Positions 60,240 through 64,000 of a stretch of 64,000 nucleotides of DNA are shown piece after piece. The stretch is from the human T2T-CHM13v2.0 reference genome, Homo sapiens. Below the pieces are notes generated by a model. The model worked only from the letters and a program-made list of their open reading frames with translations. It ran no database searches and was not told the origin of the DNA. The stretch lies in assembly GCF_009914755.1 (NCBI RefSeq), contig NC_060940.1; one strand, written 5' to 3'. Each line of letters starts with the position of its first letter. Within the stretch, counting starts at the first letter, position 1. A program made the translations under genes and the position numbers.

Positions 60240-60830
60240 GCAGCAGACCTTTCATGAGCACTAATTAGGCTCCACTTACGGTGCTGACTGTTTACTTGTC
60301 AATGCCCATTTGATACTCTTACCCCATTTTACGGATGAAGACACTGAGGCACAGAGAGGACAAGTAATTTGCCTGTGGTCATCCAGCTAGAAGGAGACAA
60401 TGCTAAGATTCAACCCCAGCTCTGTTTGCTTCCAAACGTGGTGTTCTCTAACTCTGATATATTTCCCCCTTGTTTCCAGGTTAACCTCTATATGGCCCTC
60501 ACATCATTCATCAATTCATTGTTTGTTCATCGATTATTTACTCATGTGACAATATTTATTGAGGATCTACTTTGTGCCAAGCACTGCAGAAGGTCTCTGG
60601 CCTTTTAGAGTTTATATTCCTGTGCAGGAGAACTACAGAAAATTACATAAAATAACTGCAAAAGATGACAGTCTAATAAGTGCCATAAAGAAAATTAAAT
60701 GGAATTTTGTGATCAAGACTGGTAGATGGGGATGGTGAGGTCATCTTTGTATAGGGAGGTCAGGGAGGGACTCTACAGTGGTGACATTGACACTGAGACC
60801 TGAAGGATAAAAGGAACCAGCCATGCTAGA
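60240..60830 (-). mobile_element. MIR (~60240-60440) and L2 (~60500-60830) remnants, after a (GAT)n repeat at 60205-60227
   Basis: cccattttacggatgaagacactgaggcacagagag; tttattgaggatctactttgtgccaagcactg. Confidence 0.7.
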
Positions 60831-61772
60831 TGCCCATAGAGGAAGTTCTGATTTCCTATCACTATTCTTTACCTTTTGGATCTTTGAAGGTAAACTACAT
60901 AGACTGGATTTGCATCAATGGTGTAGACTTTCAGGACATCTTTGGGGTAGGCAGTTTTAGCCTAAGTGTGTGTCCACACCCACTTCTTGGGACCCTCCAC
61001 TTCAAGGACCGTCTTGGAACATCTCCATTGGGTGCTTCTGAGAAGTCACTCCCTACTTGATTTTCTGCTCTTCCTGTAACTGAAGGTGTGTTTCCTTGTT
61101 GTTTTGGCTGTATCTGGCTTCCAGACCCTTAGACAGATGGCTCCCCAGAGTGACTCAGCTCTGAGTAGCTGGGGACCAATTATGAAGTTGACCCTTATTT
61201 TATTCACTTCTGAGCCCAGCCCTAAGCTGATGCAGACAATCCTACATCCAGTTAAGTGTTATTTGCTTGAAATATTTGAAAGAGCCAGCTTGGCCCATCT
61301 TCAAATATTTTGTTAGCTAATCAAAGCCAGATTGTGGTCAGAGGCCATATCTAAATTTATTAGGAAAATTAATAGACCATTTAGATTTTATTGGAATTAA
61401 GCTAAAATACGATAAGCAGCCACACAGCAGATAGTGATTAATTATTACACTGACCTGAGTGATGGGCTCATAATGAAATATTGACTTATAGGTAAGTCAT
61501 GAGGCCTTAGAACAAGCAGGACAGGCTCTGGAAGGATGTCCGCACTCCATCTGCTTGAGGTTAATTGGATGGGACACCATAGAAGAGATGCTCAGTAAAT
61601 ATGCATCATTTATTCTTTCAAACAGTATTTGTATGCACCTACTGTGTGCGAAGCCCTGGGAATATATAAAGCAGACAGCCTGAGTTTGAATATTGGTTTC
61701 TGTACTTAATAGCTATGTGTCTTTGGGCATGTTACTTAACCTTTCTGAATTTCCATTTCCTCATTTGAAAGC

Positions 61773-61810
61773 CAGGGATAAAAATGACTAACAGGGATAA
61801 AAATGACTAA
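61773..61810. repeat. Perfect 19-bp tandem duplication inside a MIR
   Basis: cagggataaaaatgactaa x2. Confidence 0.95.
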
Positions 61811-62639
61811 TTGTAAGAAGTCATGGAAATGATATGTGTAAAAAGTGATTGGACATAGCACATAGATGTTTTTATGAGTATTATTGTCATTAGTAATATT
61901 CTAAATGAGACCCATTTTTGGCCTCACATAATTCAAACAACACATTACGATACAGCTGATCTTCCAAGCAGTGTCGATTTCTCCCTATTGTGTGCTTGGC
62001 AAATATTAGTTAGGGTCAGAAAAGGCTTTGTTGAGAAGATGTTTGAGCTTTGTTCTAAAGGATGAAAGGGTTTATTTCCCAGGTGGACTGGGAGGATATG
62101 GGACTTCCAGGTAGATGGCTCAGGATAGGAAAGGACATGCAGACTTGAAACAACCTGGCAAGTGGTAGAACTTTAAACAGTTGGGTATTACAGGGCAGAG
62201 GGCATCTGCGCTAAATGATTGTTAGGGCAACAGGAACTGGACGTTGGGTCTTGTGGTCTGGATCACTCACCTATATGCCTGTCTCCATGAAATATATGTG
62301 TGTCAAATGGGACTTATGAGAAGGGACCTTCTGTTTACTTTTTAAAACATTTGCTACTCGTTCCACTTTGTTCGTTGTGGCAGAAGGAAAATCTTAATTA
62401 AGTCATGCCAGAGTCAAAAATTATGAACCAGGGGTCTGAGCTGTGAGGTTCCTCCCAGGTGCTTGCCTTTTATGGGCACTACATAAACCCCTCCAGCGTC
62501 AGCTTGGGTGTAGCTCAGAGGTACGGACTACTTGCTGCCTGCGTCAGACAGGCCCAATTCAGCTCCAGTTCTGCCACTTGACTCCTGCAAGATCTCGGGT
62601 GAGCCACTCTGAAACTCAGATCCTTCCTCTGCAAAAGGG

Positions 62640-63000
62640 CTTATTAGTCTGTTTTCATGCTGCTAATGAAGACATACCTGAGACTGGGTAATTTGTAAAG
62701 AAAAAGAGTTTTCATGGACTCACAGTTGCACATGGCTGGGGAGGCCTCACAATCATGGTGGCAGGTGAAAGGCACATCTTACATGGCAGCAGACAAGAGA
62801 TAATGAAATCCAAGCAGAAAGGGAAACCCCTTATAAAACCATCAGATCTCGTGAGACTTATTCATTACCATAAGTACAGTATGGGGGAAACTGCCCCCAT
62901 GACTCATTTATCTCCCACTGGGTTCCTCCCACAACACATGGGAATTATGGGAGCTACAAGTAAGATGAGATTTGGGTGGGGACATAGCCAAACCATATCA
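62640..63000 (-). mobile_element. THE1B-like MaLR solo LTR
   Basis: tattagtctgttttcatgctgct...aaaccatcagatctcgtgagacttattca...ggggacatagccaaaccatatca. Confidence 0.9.
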
Positions 63001-63067
63001 AGGGAGGTTTGTAAAAGCAACCTCATTGGTCTGTGGAGAAGATGACTGAAAAAAGTCGAACAATATA

Positions 63068-63437
63068 CAGATGTATGGTCCCCGAATTATGATGGTTTGA
63101 GTTATAATTTTTCAACTATATAATGATATGGAAGCAACATACATTCAGTAGAAACTGTACTTTGAGTACCTACACAACCATTCTGTTTTTTTCACTTTCA
63201 GTACAGTATCCAGTTGGTTACAGGAGATATTCAACATGTTATTATAAAATAGGCTTTGTGTTAGGTGATTTTTGTCCAACTGTAGGCTCATGTGTTCTGA
63301 GTGTGTTCAAGGTAGGCTGGGCCAAGCTGTGATGTTCGGTTGGTGAGGCATATTGAATCCATTTTTGACTTAACAATATTTTCAACATACAAGGGGTTTT
63401 TTGGGATGTTACCCCATTGTAAATTGAGGAGCTTCTG
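63068..63437 (-). mobile_element. MER47A-like Tigger MITE
   Basis: cagatg...cattcagtagaaactgtactttgagtacc...ttataaaataggctttgtgttag...gaggagcttctg. Confidence 0.8.
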
Positions 63438-64000
63438 AATAGCTCTTTGTACAAAGTTGGGTGCCTCTACCTATTCAACAAATGTTAGTTCCCAGAATAT
63501 AGTGTGGTATGTTTGATTTTTTAAAATTAATTTAAAAAAAATAAGTGGGAGAATGTTGCTATATATGGGTGTTCTGTTTCATATACTAAATATATATCTG
63601 TCTGTCCTCAGAAAATGAATATGCATGTCTCCCAAGATATATTTGCATGTTCCATTTCTCCTATTAAGTGTATATTTCCCTATTTTATATATATATATGT
63701 ATAAGTATATACATATACATGTCCTACTTATAGATGGAGGGGAGAGAAATATGTATATAGGGAGAAGTAGGTACAGAAAACTGTAGAACAAGCCAGACTG
63801 TTCCAGAAAAAGTAGGAAATATGCTAAGGGTAAGGGAAGGGGAAGTATACACCCAAGGGCCACAGGTGATGCTCTGGCATGTCCAGTCCAATGGTGTGTA
63901 GCCTAATTTTGGATTAGCAGAGGAGACTGGACCCCATAGTCCATTTCGTTACTCATGCATAACCATGCACATTATGATGTGACATTAACAAGGCAAAAGG

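Overview
Repeat-rich primate, most likely human, non-coding genomic DNA (intron or intergenic). I can support no cellular protein-coding exon, RNA gene or prokaryote-type system, and I cannot name the locus. The main elements are: (1) a full-length ~6.05-kb L1PA4-6-type LINE-1 (8591-14644, minus strand; ORF1 and ORF2 disrupted) inserted into the A-rich linker of an AluS, with TSDs for both; (2) a 968-bp HERV-K(HML-2) LTR5_Hs solo LTR (18026-18993, minus) with an abnormal junction; (3) about 22 Alus, many MaLR/ERV LTRs (THE1, MST, MLT1, MLT2, MER41-like, MER74-like), DNA-transposon MITEs (MER63A, MER81, MADE1, MER58A, Tigger2a, MER47A, MER3/33, MER5), old L1M/L2/MIR remnants and simple repeats. 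The only protein homologies in the ORF track are the L1 ORF1/ORF2/ORF0 fragments. I found no convincing new biological system. The best second-look items are repair and insertion scars (an inverted templated copy of a MER41 segment, a deletion-insertion in L1 RT, a 25-bp L1 insertion, the TSD-less LTR5_Hs junction, a ~170-bp local duplication) and several candidate regulatory islands. Repeat subfamily names come from remembered consensus sequences and need RepeatMasker/Dfam confirmation. Boundaries of old elements are approximate.
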